Positions 8,550 to 17,305 of a DNA stretch of 64,000 nt are shown piece after piece. The notes under the pieces were generated by a model. The model saw only the letters and a program-made list of their open reading frames with translations, was not told the origin of the DNA and searched no databases. Source of the DNA: Pseudomonadota bacterium (lineage in GTDB: Bacteria; Pseudomonadota; Gammaproteobacteria; Xanthomonadales; Rhodanobacteraceae). The translations under genes were made by a program, and so were the position numbers. The stretch spans positions 37,000 through 100,999 of the forward strand of contig JAFEFO010000040.1 in assembly GCA_018240565.1 (NCBI GenBank), written 5' to 3'. The number at the start of each line of letters is the position of its first letter. The stretch's first letter is position 1.

Positions 8550-11387
8550 ATGCTGCGTCCCCTGTCCCTGCTTGCCGCCGGCGTTCTCGCGCTGGGCGCC
8601 GGTGTTGCCGACGCCAAGGCTGCATCCACCACGCCGGACATCCCCTACACGCGCTTCACATTGCCCAATGGCCTGACCGTGGTCGTGAGCGAGGACCACA
8701 AGGCGCCGATCGTCGCGGTCAGCGTGTGGTACCACGTCGGCTCGGCCTACGAACCCGCGGGCAAGACCGGCTTCGCGCACCTGTTCGAGCACCTGATGTT
8801 TTCCGGTTCCGAAAACCACAAGGGCAGCTACTTCAAGCCCTTCGAACTGGCCGGCGCCACCGGCATGAATGGCACGACCTGGCTCGACCGCACCAATTAT
8901 TTCGAGACCGTACCGACCACCGCGCTGGACATGGCGCTGTGGATGGAATCCGACCGCATGGGCCACCTGCTCGGTGCGATCGGGCAGAAGGAACTGGACG
9001 TGCAGCGCGGCGTGGTGCAGAACGAAAAGCGCCAGGGCGAGAACCAGCCCTATGGCCGCGTCTACGAGAACCTGCAGGCCAACGCGTTTCCGCAGAACCA
9101 TCCCTACCACCACGACACCATCGGCTCGATGGCGGACTTGAACGCCGCCTCGCTCGACACCGTCAAGCAGTGGTTCAAGGACTACTACGGCGCGGCCAAC
9201 ACCACGCTCGTGATGGTCGGCGACATCACGCCGGACGCGGCGCGCGCGAAGGCGATGCAGTACTTCGGCGACATTCCGGCCGGCCCGCAAGTGCCGCGTC
9301 CGCAGGCGTGGATCGCGCCGAACGATGCGTCCACGCACGACACGATGACCGACAATGTTCCGCAGACGCGCATCTACCGCGAGTGGAACACGCCGGGCCT
9401 GGCCGCCGATGGCAACGACCGCCTGATGCTGGACCTTGCCGCCAATGTGCTGGGCGGCAGCAAGACCTCGCGCCTGTACCAGCGCCTGGTCTACCAGGAC
9501 AAGCTCGCCGACGACGTGTCGGTCGGCAACATGACGTTCGAACTTGCCAGCATGACCTTGCTGCAAATCGACGTGAAGAAGGGCGCCGACGTGGCCAAGA
9601 TCGACGCCGCCGTCGCCGATGAATGGGCGAAGTTCCTCAAGGACGGCCCGACGGCGGACGAACTCGAACGCGCCAAGACCACCTACCAGGCTTCGACGAT
9701 TCGCGGCCTGGAACAAATCGGCGGATTTTCCGGCAAGGCCGTGACGCTGGCCGAGGGCCAGGTCTATCGTGGCGATCCGGGCGCGTGGAAAAAGGATTAC
9801 GACGTCACCCTGGCCGCGACGCCGGCCGCGGTCAAGGCCGCTGCCGACAAATGGCTGGCGAAGGGCGATTACACGCTCACCGTCGAGCCGGGCAAGGTGC
9901 AGGAAGGCGATCTGGCCAGCAACGCCGGCCGCGCCGCGATGCCGGGGCGTCCTGACAACAAGCTCTCCGCCGCCGGCGATTTCAAAGTGACGAAGAGCGA
10001 CGTCGACCGCGCCAAGGGCGTGCCGCAGGTGACGAGCTTCCCCGACCTTACCTTCCCGAAACTCGAGCACGGCAAGCTCAAGAACGGCATCCCGGTCATC
10101 CTCGCCGAGCGCCATGCGGTGCCGGTGGTGCAGATCGGAGCGATGTTCGATGCCGGTTACGCCGCCGACCAGGGCAAGAAGCTCGGCACGTCCAGCTTCA
10201 CCATGGGCATGCTCGACGAGGGCACCCGCGATCTGGATTCGGTCGAGATTTCCAAGCGCAAGCAGCGCATGGGCGCTGAAATCTATGGTGGATGCGACCT
10301 GGATACCTGCACGGTGTCGTTGAATGCGCTGAATGACAAGCTCGCCGATTCGCTGGCCCTGTATGCCGATGTCATCCGCAATCCGGCGTTCCGCGATGCG
10401 GACGTGGCGCGCGTGCGCGGTCAGGCGCTGGCCAACATCGAGCAGGAAAAGAGCCAGCCGATGGCGGTGGGCCTGCGCCTGTTGCCGCCGCTGCTGTTCG
10501 GCAAGGGCAATGCGTATGCGATCCCGTTCACCGGCTCGGGCACGGAAGCCTCGGTCAAGTCGCTGACTGCGGCCGACATGCAAGGCTTCGTGCGCGACTA
10601 CATCCGCCCCGACAACGTCAAGATCCTGGTTGCCGGCGACACGACACTGGATGCGATCATTCCGGAGCTGGAAAAAGCCTTCGGCGACTGGAAGGCGCCG
10701 ACGACGGCGGTGCCGAAGAAGAACCTCGCCAAGGTCGAATACCCGGCCACGTCCAGCGTCTATCTGGTCAATCGCCCGGGCGCCGCGCAGTCGGTGATCA
10801 TCGCCGGCCTCGTCGCGCCATCGACCAAGGCGCCGAACAACCTTCAGATCGGCACCATGAATGGCGCCTTCGGCGGCACGTTCTCCTCGCGCCTGAACAT
10901 GAACCTGCGCGAGGACAAGCACTGGGCCTATGGCGCCGGCGCGTTCAGCCCGAATGCGATCGGCCAGCGCCCGTACCTGATGTACGCGCCGGTGCAGACC
11001 GACAAGACCGCGCCGTCTGCCGAGGAAATCCTCAAGGAAGCGCGCGCGCTGGTCGGCGACAAGCCGCTGACCGACGCCGAGATCGCCAAGATCAAGGACA
11101 ACGACGTGCGCAAGATGCCGGGCCAGTACGAAACCGCGCGCGCCGTGCTCGGCGCAATGGAAGGCATCGTCAAGTACGACCGTCCGGACGACTATGTGCA
11201 GACCCTGAAGGCGAAGATCGAAGCGCAGAAGGATGCCGACGTCGAGGCTGCGGCCAAACAGGTGGTCCATCCGGACAAGCTGACCTGGGTGATCGTGGGC
11301 GATTTGGCCAAGATCGAAATGCCGGTGCGCGCGCTCAAACTTGGCGACGTGCACCTGATCGACGCGGACGGCAATCCCGTGCACTGA
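8550..11387 (+). CDS. Secreted M16 (pitrilysin/insulinase) family zinc peptidase, double-module
   Basis: Signal peptide MLRPLSLLAAGVLALGAGVADA. Inverted zinc motif HLFEHLMF (HxxEH). NGTTWLDRTNYFE is also present. GGAGA lies upstream of ATG 8550. About 945 aa, consistent with two M16 halves. Confidence 0.85.
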   Translation: MLRPLSLLAAGVLALGAGVADAKAASTTPDIPYTRFTLPNGLTVVVSEDHKAPIVAVSVWYHVGSAYEPAGKTGFAHLFEHLMFSGSENHKGSYFKPFELAGATGMNGTTWLDRTNYFETVPTTALDMALWMESDRMGHLLGAIGQKELDVQRGVVQNEKRQGENQPYGRVYENLQANAFPQNHPYHHDTIGSMADLNAASLDTVKQWFKDYYGAANTTLVMVGDITPDAARAKAMQYFGDIPAGPQVPRPQAWIAPNDASTHDTMTDNVPQTRIYREWNTPGLAADGNDRLMLDLAANVLGGSKTSRLYQRLVYQDKLADDVSVGNMTFELASMTLLQIDVKKGADVAKIDAAVADEWAKFLKDGPTADELERAKTTYQASTIRGLEQIGGFSGKAVTLAEGQVYRGDPGAWKKDYDVTLAATPAAVKAAADKWLAKGDYTLTVEPGKVQEGDLASNAGRAAMPGRPDNKLSAAGDFKVTKSDVDRAKGVPQVTSFPDLTFPKLEHGKLKNGIPVILAERHAVPVVQIGAMFDAGYAADQGKKLGTSSFTMGMLDEGTRDLDSVEISKRKQRMGAEIYGGCDLDTCTVSLNALNDKLADSLALYADVIRNPAFRDADVARVRGQALANIEQEKSQPMAVGLRLLPPLLFGKGNAYAIPFTGSGTEASVKSLTAADMQGFVRDYIRPDNVKILVAGDTTLDAIIPELEKAFGDWKAPTTAVPKKNLAKVEYPATSSVYLVNRPGAAQSVIIAGLVAPSTKAPNNLQIGTMNGAFGGTFSSRLNMNLREDKHWAYGAGAFSPNAIGQRPYLMYAPVQTDKTAPSAEEILKEARALVGDKPLTDAEIAKIKDNDVRKMPGQYETARAVLGAMEGIVKYDRPDDYVQTLKAKIEAQKDADVEAAAKQVVHPDKLTWVIVGDLAKIEMPVRALKLGDVHLIDADGNPVH

Positions 11388-11412
11388 TCGCCGCCGCGAT
11401 CCGCAAACCGAA

Positions 11413-11439
11413 GCCGGACGGGAAACCGTCCGGCTTTTT
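11413..11439 (+). terminator. Rho-independent terminator after the M16 peptidase gene
   Basis: Perfect 9-bp stem GCCGGACGG/CCGTCCGGC with a GAAA loop, followed by TTTTT. Confidence 0.85.
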
Positions 11440-11462
11440 GCTTGGCGCGCTACAATAAGCGG

Positions 11463-12023
11463 ATGCGCAAACCCCCCGTTATCCATGACACCCGTCGTGC
11501 CGAGGGCAGTCATTTCCTGCATGTGGAACTGCTCGACCTGGAATTTTCCAACGGCGAGCGGCGCACCTACGAGCGCCTGAAAGGGTCGGGCCTCGGCGCC
11601 GTCATCATCGTGCCGATGCGCGACGACGACACGGTGCTGTTGGTGCGCGAGTATGGCGCCGGCCTGGACCGCTACGAACTGGGGTTGCCGAAGGGCCGCC
11701 TTGATCAGGATGAAACCGTCGAACAAGGTGCAAACCGCGAACTGAAGGAAGAGATCGGCTTCGGCGCGCGCGATCTGCGCATTCTTTCCAACCTGTCGCT
11801 GTCGCCGTCGTACATGACCAGCATGACGCACGTGGTGCTGGCGCGCGACCTGTATCCCGAGCGCCTGGTCGGCGACGAACCCGAAGAACTGGAAGTCGTG
11901 GAGTGGAAGTTGTCGCAGTTGCACCTGCTGCTGTCGCACCCGGAAGTGACCGAAGGGCGGTCCATCGCGGCGCTTTTCATCACGCGCGAATACCTGGCCG
12001 GCCGGTTCGAACCCAGGACATGA
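11463..12023 (+). CDS. nudE: ADP-compounds hydrolase NudE (Nudix)
   Basis: Nudix box GRLDQDETVEQGANRELKEEIGF. 186 aa. Followed by cysQ with an ATGA overlap. Confidence 0.8.
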   Translation: MRKPPVIHDTRRAEGSHFLHVELLDLEFSNGERRTYERLKGSGLGAVIIVPMRDDDTVLLVREYGAGLDRYELGLPKGRLDQDETVEQGANRELKEEIGFGARDLRILSNLSLSPSYMTSMTHVVLARDLYPERLVGDEPEELEVVEWKLSQLHLLLSHPEVTEGRSIAALFITREYLAGRFEPRT

Positions 12024-12835
12024 GCGAACGCGAGCTTTCGGATCTGGCACGGGCGTGTTGCGCGCTCGCGCGCGAGGCCGGGGACGCGATCATGCGCATC
12101 TACGCCGGCGAATTCGCGGTCGAGCGCAAGGACGACAACTCGCCATTGACCGCAGCCGATCTGGCCGCGCATCGCTGCATTCTCGCTGGCCTGAATGCGC
12201 TGGCGCCGGATATTCCCGTGTTGTCCGAAGAATCCGCCGAGCAGGCGGAATGGTCCGTGCGCCGCACATGGGCGCGGTACTTCCTGGTCGATCCGCTCGA
12301 CGGCACGCGCGAGTTCGTCAAGCGCAATGGCGAGTTCACCGTCAACATCGCCCTGATCGAAAACCACGCGCCGGTGTTGGGCGTCGTGTATGCGCCGGCA
12401 TTGGATGAAATGTACTGGGCCAGCCACGGCGGCGATGCGGCATTTGCGACAAAATCCCAAAGTGGACAACTACGCACGCGTGCCAGTGCGTCGCCGCTCG
12501 TCGTGGCCGGCAGCCGCTCGCACGGCGATCCGCGCATGGGCGCGGCGCTGGCAAGAATCGGCGCCCACGAATTGCTGGCCCTGGGCTCCTCGCTCAAGTT
12601 CTGCCGCACGGCGCGCGGGCAGGCCGATCTGTACATTCGTTACGGCCCGACCAGCGAATGGGATACGGCGGCCGGACAATGCGTGCTCGAGCAAGCCGGT
12701 GGTGCGGTGCGGCGCATGGATGGCAGCACGCTGGCCTACAACACCAAGGATTCGCTGCTCAATCCGGATTTCTTCGCCTGCGGCGATGCAGCGGTGGATT
12801 GGGCGGGCCTGCTCAATGGCAACGTGCGTGGCTGA
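12020..12835 (+). CDS. cysQ: 3'(2'),5'-bisphosphate nucleotidase CysQ
   Basis: Contains SPLTAADL, LVDPLDGTREF and WDTAAGQCVLEQAGG. 271 aa. Confidence 0.85.
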   Translation: MSERELSDLARACCALAREAGDAIMRIYAGEFAVERKDDNSPLTAADLAAHRCILAGLNALAPDIPVLSEESAEQAEWSVRRTWARYFLVDPLDGTREFVKRNGEFTVNIALIENHAPVLGVVYAPALDEMYWASHGGDAAFATKSQSGQLRTRASASPLVVAGSRSHGDPRMGAALARIGAHELLALGSSLKFCRTARGQADLYIRYGPTSEWDTAAGQCVLEQAGGAVRRMDGSTLAYNTKDSLLNPDFFACGDAAVDWAGLLNGNVRG

Positions 12836-13637
12836 GTACGACATCAACGACTTGTTGCGCATCATGGCCACGCTGCGCGATCCGCAGGGCGGCTGCCCGT
12901 GGGACGTGCAGCAGAGTTTCGCCACGATCGCGCCGTACACGATCGAGGAAGCCTACGAAGTCGCCGATGCGATCGATCGCGCCGACATGGCCGATCTGCG
13001 CGACGAACTCGGCGACCTGTTGCTGCAAGTCGTGTTCCACGCGCAGATGGCGCGCGAACGCGGTGCCTTCGATTTCTCCGGCGTGGTCGGGGCGATTTGC
13101 GAGAAGATGATCCGCCGCCATCCGCATGTGTTCGCCGGAGCGAGCGTGAATAGTGCCGATGCGCAGTTGCGCGAATGGGACGAACACAAACGCCGCGAAC
13201 GCGAAGCATCCGGCGCGGCCGACACCAGCGCGCTCGCCGGCATCGCACGCGGCTTGCCGGAATGGCAGCGTGCCTTGAAATTGCAGAAACGCGCGTCGCG
13301 CGTTGGCTTCGACTGGAACGATCCGCGCCCGGTGCTGGACAAGTTGGCCGAGGAGATCGCCGAGGTGCGCCATGAACTCGACCACGGCGCCGATCCCGCG
13401 CGCGTGGCCGACGAGATCGGCGACGTGCTGTTCGTCGGCGTGAACCTCGCGCGCCTTGCGAACGTGGACTGGTCGGCCGCGCTGCGCGGCGCTAATGCCA
13501 AGTTCGAACGCCGCTTCCGGCGCATGGAAACCCTTGCCGCTGCCGATGGCCGCACGCTCGACGGCATGGCGCTGGCCGAGCAGGATGCCTACTGGGATCG
13601 CGCCAAGGCCGAGGAAAAAACCCGCGCCGACGGATAA
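12816..13637 (+). CDS. mazG: Nucleoside triphosphate pyrophosphohydrolase MazG
   Basis: Contains LRDPQGGCPWD, EEAYEVADAI, RHPHVF, and a second EIGDVLF module. The start may be ATG 12816 or GTG 12828. Confidence 0.85.
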   Translation: MATCVAEYDINDLLRIMATLRDPQGGCPWDVQQSFATIAPYTIEEAYEVADAIDRADMADLRDELGDLLLQVVFHAQMARERGAFDFSGVVGAICEKMIRRHPHVFAGASVNSADAQLREWDEHKRREREASGAADTSALAGIARGLPEWQRALKLQKRASRVGFDWNDPRPVLDKLAEEIAEVRHELDHGADPARVADEIGDVLFVGVNLARLANVDWSAALRGANAKFERRFRRMETLAAADGRTLDGMALAEQDAYWDRAKAEEKTRADG

Positions 13638-13641
13638 AAAA

Positions 13642-13670
13642 CGGCGCGGATGGGGGAGGCATCCGCGCCG
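13642..13670. terminator. 11-bp perfect hairpin after mazG with an A-tract on its 5' side
   Basis: CGGCGCGGATG, 7-nt loop, CATCCGCGCCG. AAAAAA precedes it on the + strand, so the U-tract is on the minus-strand reading. There is no T-run downstream on +. Confidence 0.45.
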
Positions 13671-13824
13671 ACAAGGACCTGCGCTCGCAACGCAGGCCGA
13701 GGGGTTTGCCCTGTTCAACGCTGCAAGACGTATCCGGTTGACTTGTTCGTCGCAACGGATCACGACAAAATCGGGAAGAATACGATTTCCCCACCGAAAC
13801 CCCTCTCCGACAAAAGGAATCGCC

Positions 13825-14217
13825 ATGGTCTGGATCAATCTGGTCACGTTGTGCGCGCTGATCGAGTATTTCGTCTTCGCTTTTCTGGTCGGTCGGGCGC
13901 GCGTGCGCTACGGCGTCCATGCGCCGGCGACGAATGGGCATGCGGTGTTCGAGCGCTACTTCCGCGTGCAACAGAACACGTTGGAACTGCTGATCCTGTT
14001 CGTGCCCGCGTTGTGGATTTCTGCCCAGTACTGGGATCCGCGCATCATCGCGGCGATCGGCGCCGTCTACGTGATCGGCCGCATCTTGTATTTCCGCGGC
14101 TACGTGAGCGCACCGGCCGCGCGCCACAACGGGTTCCTGCTCAGCATCATTCCGGTCGCGCTACTGCTGCTCGCCGGTGCCGCCGGCGTGGCGATTGCGC
14201 TGCTTCCTCATTCGTAG
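13825..14217 (+). CDS. MAPEG-family membrane protein (microsomal GST-like)
   Basis: 130 aa with 3-4 TM segments. VFERYFRVQQNTLE and GRILYFRGY resemble the MAPEG signature. Confidence 0.7.
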   Translation: MVWINLVTLCALIEYFVFAFLVGRARVRYGVHAPATNGHAVFERYFRVQQNTLELLILFVPALWISAQYWDPRIIAAIGAVYVIGRILYFRGYVSAPAARHNGFLLSIIPVALLLLAGAAGVAIALLPHS

Positions 14218-14561
14218 AAAATGAAAAACGCCGCAAGCACGATCAGGGCGAAGCCGACCAGGTGGTTCCAGCGCAAGGATGCGCCAAGGTAGGCCACCGA
14301 AAACACCGCGAACACGCTCAGGGTGATGATTTCCTGGATCGTCTTGAGTTGCGCGGGGTTGTACACCCGGTAGCCGATGCGGTTGCCGGGCACCTGCAGG
14401 CAGTATTCGAAGAAGGCGATACCCCAACTGGCGGCGATGACCAGCCACAGAGGCCGGTTGGTGAACTTCAGGTGGCCGTACCAGGCGAAGGTCATGAATA
14501 CGTTGGAGCCGATCAGCAAGGCGATCGGCGCCAGATAATCGAATAGCTTCGGGTTGATCAC
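14208..14561 (-). CDS. Small DMT-superfamily membrane protein (DUF486-like)
   Basis: 117 aa with 4 TM segments: (V)INPKLFDYLAPIALLIGSNVFMTFAWYGHLKF... The GTG start overlaps the PilZ gene stop (GTGA). Confidence 0.65.
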   Translation of the reverse strand: MINPKLFDYLAPIALLIGSNVFMTFAWYGHLKFTNRPLWLVIAASWGIAFFEYCLQVPGNRIGYRVYNPAQLKTIQEIITLSVFAVFSVAYLGASLRWNHLVGFALIVLAAFFIFYE

Positions 14562-14884
14562 GGCACGTCCTTGTCGAGGAAACGCGATTCGTAGAGCAGG
14601 CTGTCGATGCGCGCCTGCTGTCCGGCGACAAATTCCAGGCCGATGTCCTGCGTGTCGTTGCGAACGATCTTCGCATCCAGGCCGATCACGGTTTCCTGGT
14701 CGAAGATGAAATACACGCGGCATTCGGTGGGCGCCGGCTCCGGCCAGTTCTTCGGCCGGCCGATGCAGGCGCCGCCCTGCGACAGATCTTTCACATCGGA
14801 CAGATAGCCTTCGCCGGCGCATACGGCGAGCGCGGCGGAATAGATGGCCAGGCGCGGATGACGACGTTTCTCGGCGTAGGACAT
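14558..14884 (-). CDS. Stand-alone PilZ-domain protein (c-di-GMP receptor)
   Basis: 108 aa. Both binding motifs are present: RRHPR (RxxxR) and DLSQGGA (D/NxSxxG). The 444-aa ORF in the track is an unsupported upstream extension. Confidence 0.75.
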   Translation of the reverse strand: MSYAEKRRHPRLAIYSAALAVCAGEGYLSDVKDLSQGGACIGRPKNWPEPAPTECRVYFIFDQETVIGLDAKIVRNDTQDIGLEFVAGQQARIDSLLYESRFLDKDVP

Positions 14885-14977
14885 GCGTAATTTCCCGTGG
14901 CGCGTGCCTACGATAGACGGCTTGCGCGGCGTGGTGCAAGCGCGTGCTACAGTCGCGGCGGGGATTGGGGCAAATCG

Positions 14978-16510
14978 ATGCATGACAGGCAAATGACACG
15001 ACGGCGATTGCGACGGGTGCCGCTGGCGGCGGCGCTGGCGCTGGCGGGACTGTTCGGCGGCGTGCGTGCGGAGTCGCTCAGCGTGCCGATGCCGGCGACA
15101 TGGAAACCCGGCGACGGCCGCGGTGTCGCGGCCCTGTTCGCGCAGCTCGATGCTGTTGCGAAGGCGCGCCCGGCGCGACCCGGCCATGCGGCGACAACGC
15201 TTGCGGTGACTTCGTGCGCCGACGATGGCGGCAACGGCACCCTGCGCTCGGTCATCAGCGGGGCCGGCGAGGGCGACACGCTCGACGTGTCGACCCTGAC
15301 CTGCGGCGCAATCGTGCTGACGCAGGGCGCGATTGCCGTTTATCAGGACTATCTGGCAATTGCCGGACCGGGTGCGAACGCGCTCGCCATCGACGGCGCC
15401 CGCGCCGATCGCGTCTTCGTCCACTACGGACACGGCACCCTGGATCTGCAGGGCCTGACCGTGCGCAATGGGTTCACCCGCGCCACCGGCTATCACGTCA
15501 CCGGTGGTGCGTGCGTGATTTCCAACGGCTACGTCGCGGTCGAACGCAGCATCGTGAGCGGCTGTGTCGCCGAGGGCGAGGGCGCCTATGGCGGCGGCAT
15601 CACCGCGCGTGGCGTCGGCATCTACTCCAGCACGTTGTCCGGCAATATCGCGCGTGGCTCGCATCCGAATACATTCACCGCGGCCTACGGCGGCGGCGCG
15701 ATGGCGTACCGCGGCATCGCCATCATCATTGGCAGCACGATCACCGGCAACCGCGCCACACATGCATCGACCGACACGCATGGCAGCTATTGCACCGGGG
15801 GCGGGATTTTTTCCGATCGTGGCGGATACATGTACGCCTCGACCCTGAACGGAAATTACTCGTACGGCACCGGCGGCGGACTGGCCACGCACGGGCCGTT
15901 CGACATTGCCAACAGCACGCTGGCGAACAATACGGCGCGCTTCAAATCCGGTGGCGGCGTCTTTGCGCGCGTGTTCTATCCGATGCGCATCGCCAACAGC
16001 ACGATCGCGGCCAATACGTCCGGCAGGCCGGGGGCAGGTATTTATTTGACCGGTATCGCCGATGCATTGACGATTGCCAGCAGCATCGTCGCGAACAATC
16101 GCGCTGCCGGCGCAGCGTCGGATATCGCCGCGATGAATCCGATCGCGATATCCGGTGCGAACAATCTCGTCACCGCGAAGGCAGCCAATGTGACATTGCC
16201 GAGCGGCACACTCACTGCCGATCCGCTGCTTGCCCCGCTGGCGAACAACGGCGGGCCAACGCTGACCATGGGCCTGTATGCCGGCAGCCCGGCGCTGGGG
16301 GTCGGCAGCAATCCGAATGCGTTCACCAACGATCAGCGTGGAGCCGGGTTCCCGCGTACGGTCGGAGGACTGACCGACATCGGCGCATTGCAGGGAACCG
16401 TGGCTGCTCCCGCACCCAAGATCCCGGCACCCGCCTTGTCGGCCTGGGCGCTGGCCTTGCTTGCGGGTCTGCTCGGATTCATCGGCTGGCGCCGCCGCGC
16501 GGCGGGTTAG
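14978..16510 (+). CDS. Secreted right-handed beta-helix repeat protein with an IPTL-CTERM-like C-terminal sorting tail
   Basis: Signal peptide (RRVPLAAALALAGLFGGVRA). Motif CADDGGNGTLRSVISGAGEGDTLDV. Many G-rich beta-helix rungs are present (GGGI.., TGN.A, N.A..GGG). The C-terminus is IPAPALSAWALALLAGLLGFIGWRRR. Confidence 0.7.
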   Translation: MHDRQMTRRRLRRVPLAAALALAGLFGGVRAESLSVPMPATWKPGDGRGVAALFAQLDAVAKARPARPGHAATTLAVTSCADDGGNGTLRSVISGAGEGDTLDVSTLTCGAIVLTQGAIAVYQDYLAIAGPGANALAIDGARADRVFVHYGHGTLDLQGLTVRNGFTRATGYHVTGGACVISNGYVAVERSIVSGCVAEGEGAYGGGITARGVGIYSSTLSGNIARGSHPNTFTAAYGGGAMAYRGIAIIIGSTITGNRATHASTDTHGSYCTGGGIFSDRGGYMYASTLNGNYSYGTGGGLATHGPFDIANSTLANNTARFKSGGGVFARVFYPMRIANSTIAANTSGRPGAGIYLTGIADALTIASSIVANNRAAGAASDIAAMNPIAISGANNLVTAKAANVTLPSGTLTADPLLAPLANNGGPTLTMGLYAGSPALGVGSNPNAFTNDQRGAGFPRTVGGLTDIGALQGTVAAPAPKIPAPALSAWALALLAGLLGFIGWRRRAAG

Positions 16511-16576
16511 CCGCCTTCACGAAACGCTCACCCGTGCCTGCGCATTCTTCACGAATGTGAAAGCGCGGGAGCGGGC

Positions 16577-17305
16577 ATGAAACAGCGTGAAGAACAGGCT
16601 GGACTGATCCTGCTGATCGAGGACAACCGCGGCATCGCCGAGATGGTCGGCGAGTTCCTCGAACGCCGTGGTTACGGGCTGGACTACGCATCCGATGGCG
16701 TGACCGGCCTGCATCTGGCCGTTGCCAACAGCTACGACGTGATCGTGCTCGACCTGATGCTGCCCGGCATGGATGGTCTTGAACTGTGTCGCCGGCTGCG
16801 CCGCGAGGCCAAGAAATCCACGCCCGTGCTGATGCTCACCGCACGCGACACGCTCGAGGACAAGCTCACGGGCCTGGACGCCGGCGCCGACGATTACCTG
16901 GTTAAGCCCTTCGAGATCCGCGAACTGGAAGCCCGGGTTCGCGCATTGATCCGCCGCGATCGTCGCCAAGTCAGCGCGCAGACGCTGCACGTGGCTGATC
17001 TGGTTTACGACACCGCCAGCGTGCGCGTGAGCCGCGCCGGGCAGGATTTGCAGGTGTCGCCGATCGGACTGAAGCTGCTCGCCATCCTGATGCGCGAATC
17101 GCCGCGCGTGGTCAGCCGCGCCGACATCGAGCGCGAGGTCTGGGGCGACCTGCTGCCCGATTCGGATACGCTGCGCAGCCATTTGTACAACTTGCGCAAA
17201 GTCATCGACAAACCCTTCCAGCGCCCGCTGCTGCACACGATCCACAGCGCCGGCTATCGCCTCGCCGATCTCGACGCCGAGGTCGCGGCCAGCCAGCACG
17301 CATGA
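16577..17305 (+). CDS. OmpR/PhoB-family response regulator
   Basis: The receiver has DVIVLDLMLPGMDG and LMLTAR..DAGADDYLVKPF. A winged-helix C-terminal domain is present. Confidence 0.9.
   Translation: MKQREEQAGLILLIEDNRGIAEMVGEFLERRGYGLDYASDGVTGLHLAVANSYDVIVLDLMLPGMDGLELCRRLRREAKKSTPVLMLTARDTLEDKLTGLDAGADDYLVKPFEIRELEARVRALIRRDRRQVSAQTLHVADLVYDTASVRVSRAGQDLQVSPIGLKLLAILMRESPRVVSRADIEREVWGDLLPDSDTLRSHLYNLRKVIDKPFQRPLLHTIHSAGYRLADLDAEVAASQHA

Noticed and set aside
11442..11462. A TTG start for nudE at 11442, and a leaderless-mRNA promoter (TACAAT 11451-11456 ending 6 nt before ATG 11463)
   Set aside because: There is no acceptable -35 at 16-18 bp spacing and no SD for the TTG. The idea is interesting but unsupported by sequence alone.
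8514..12050. A 1178-aa minus-strand ORF antisense to the M16 peptidase and nudE
   Set aside because: The reasoning is the same: the sense strand carries the HxxEH peptidase and the Nudix box, and the antisense product is low-complexity. Other long antisense ORFs (for example 1752-2981, 22302-23936, 25720-27336, 27427-29031, 29813-31354, 42722-43969, 47894-49360, 56033-57859, 58788-60659, 60660-62801) were rejected likewise.
14885..15892. The 444-aa minus-strand ORF extending the PilZ gene
   Set aside because: It is antisense to the beta-helix gene and low-complexity. The PilZ domain is complete from ATG 14884.
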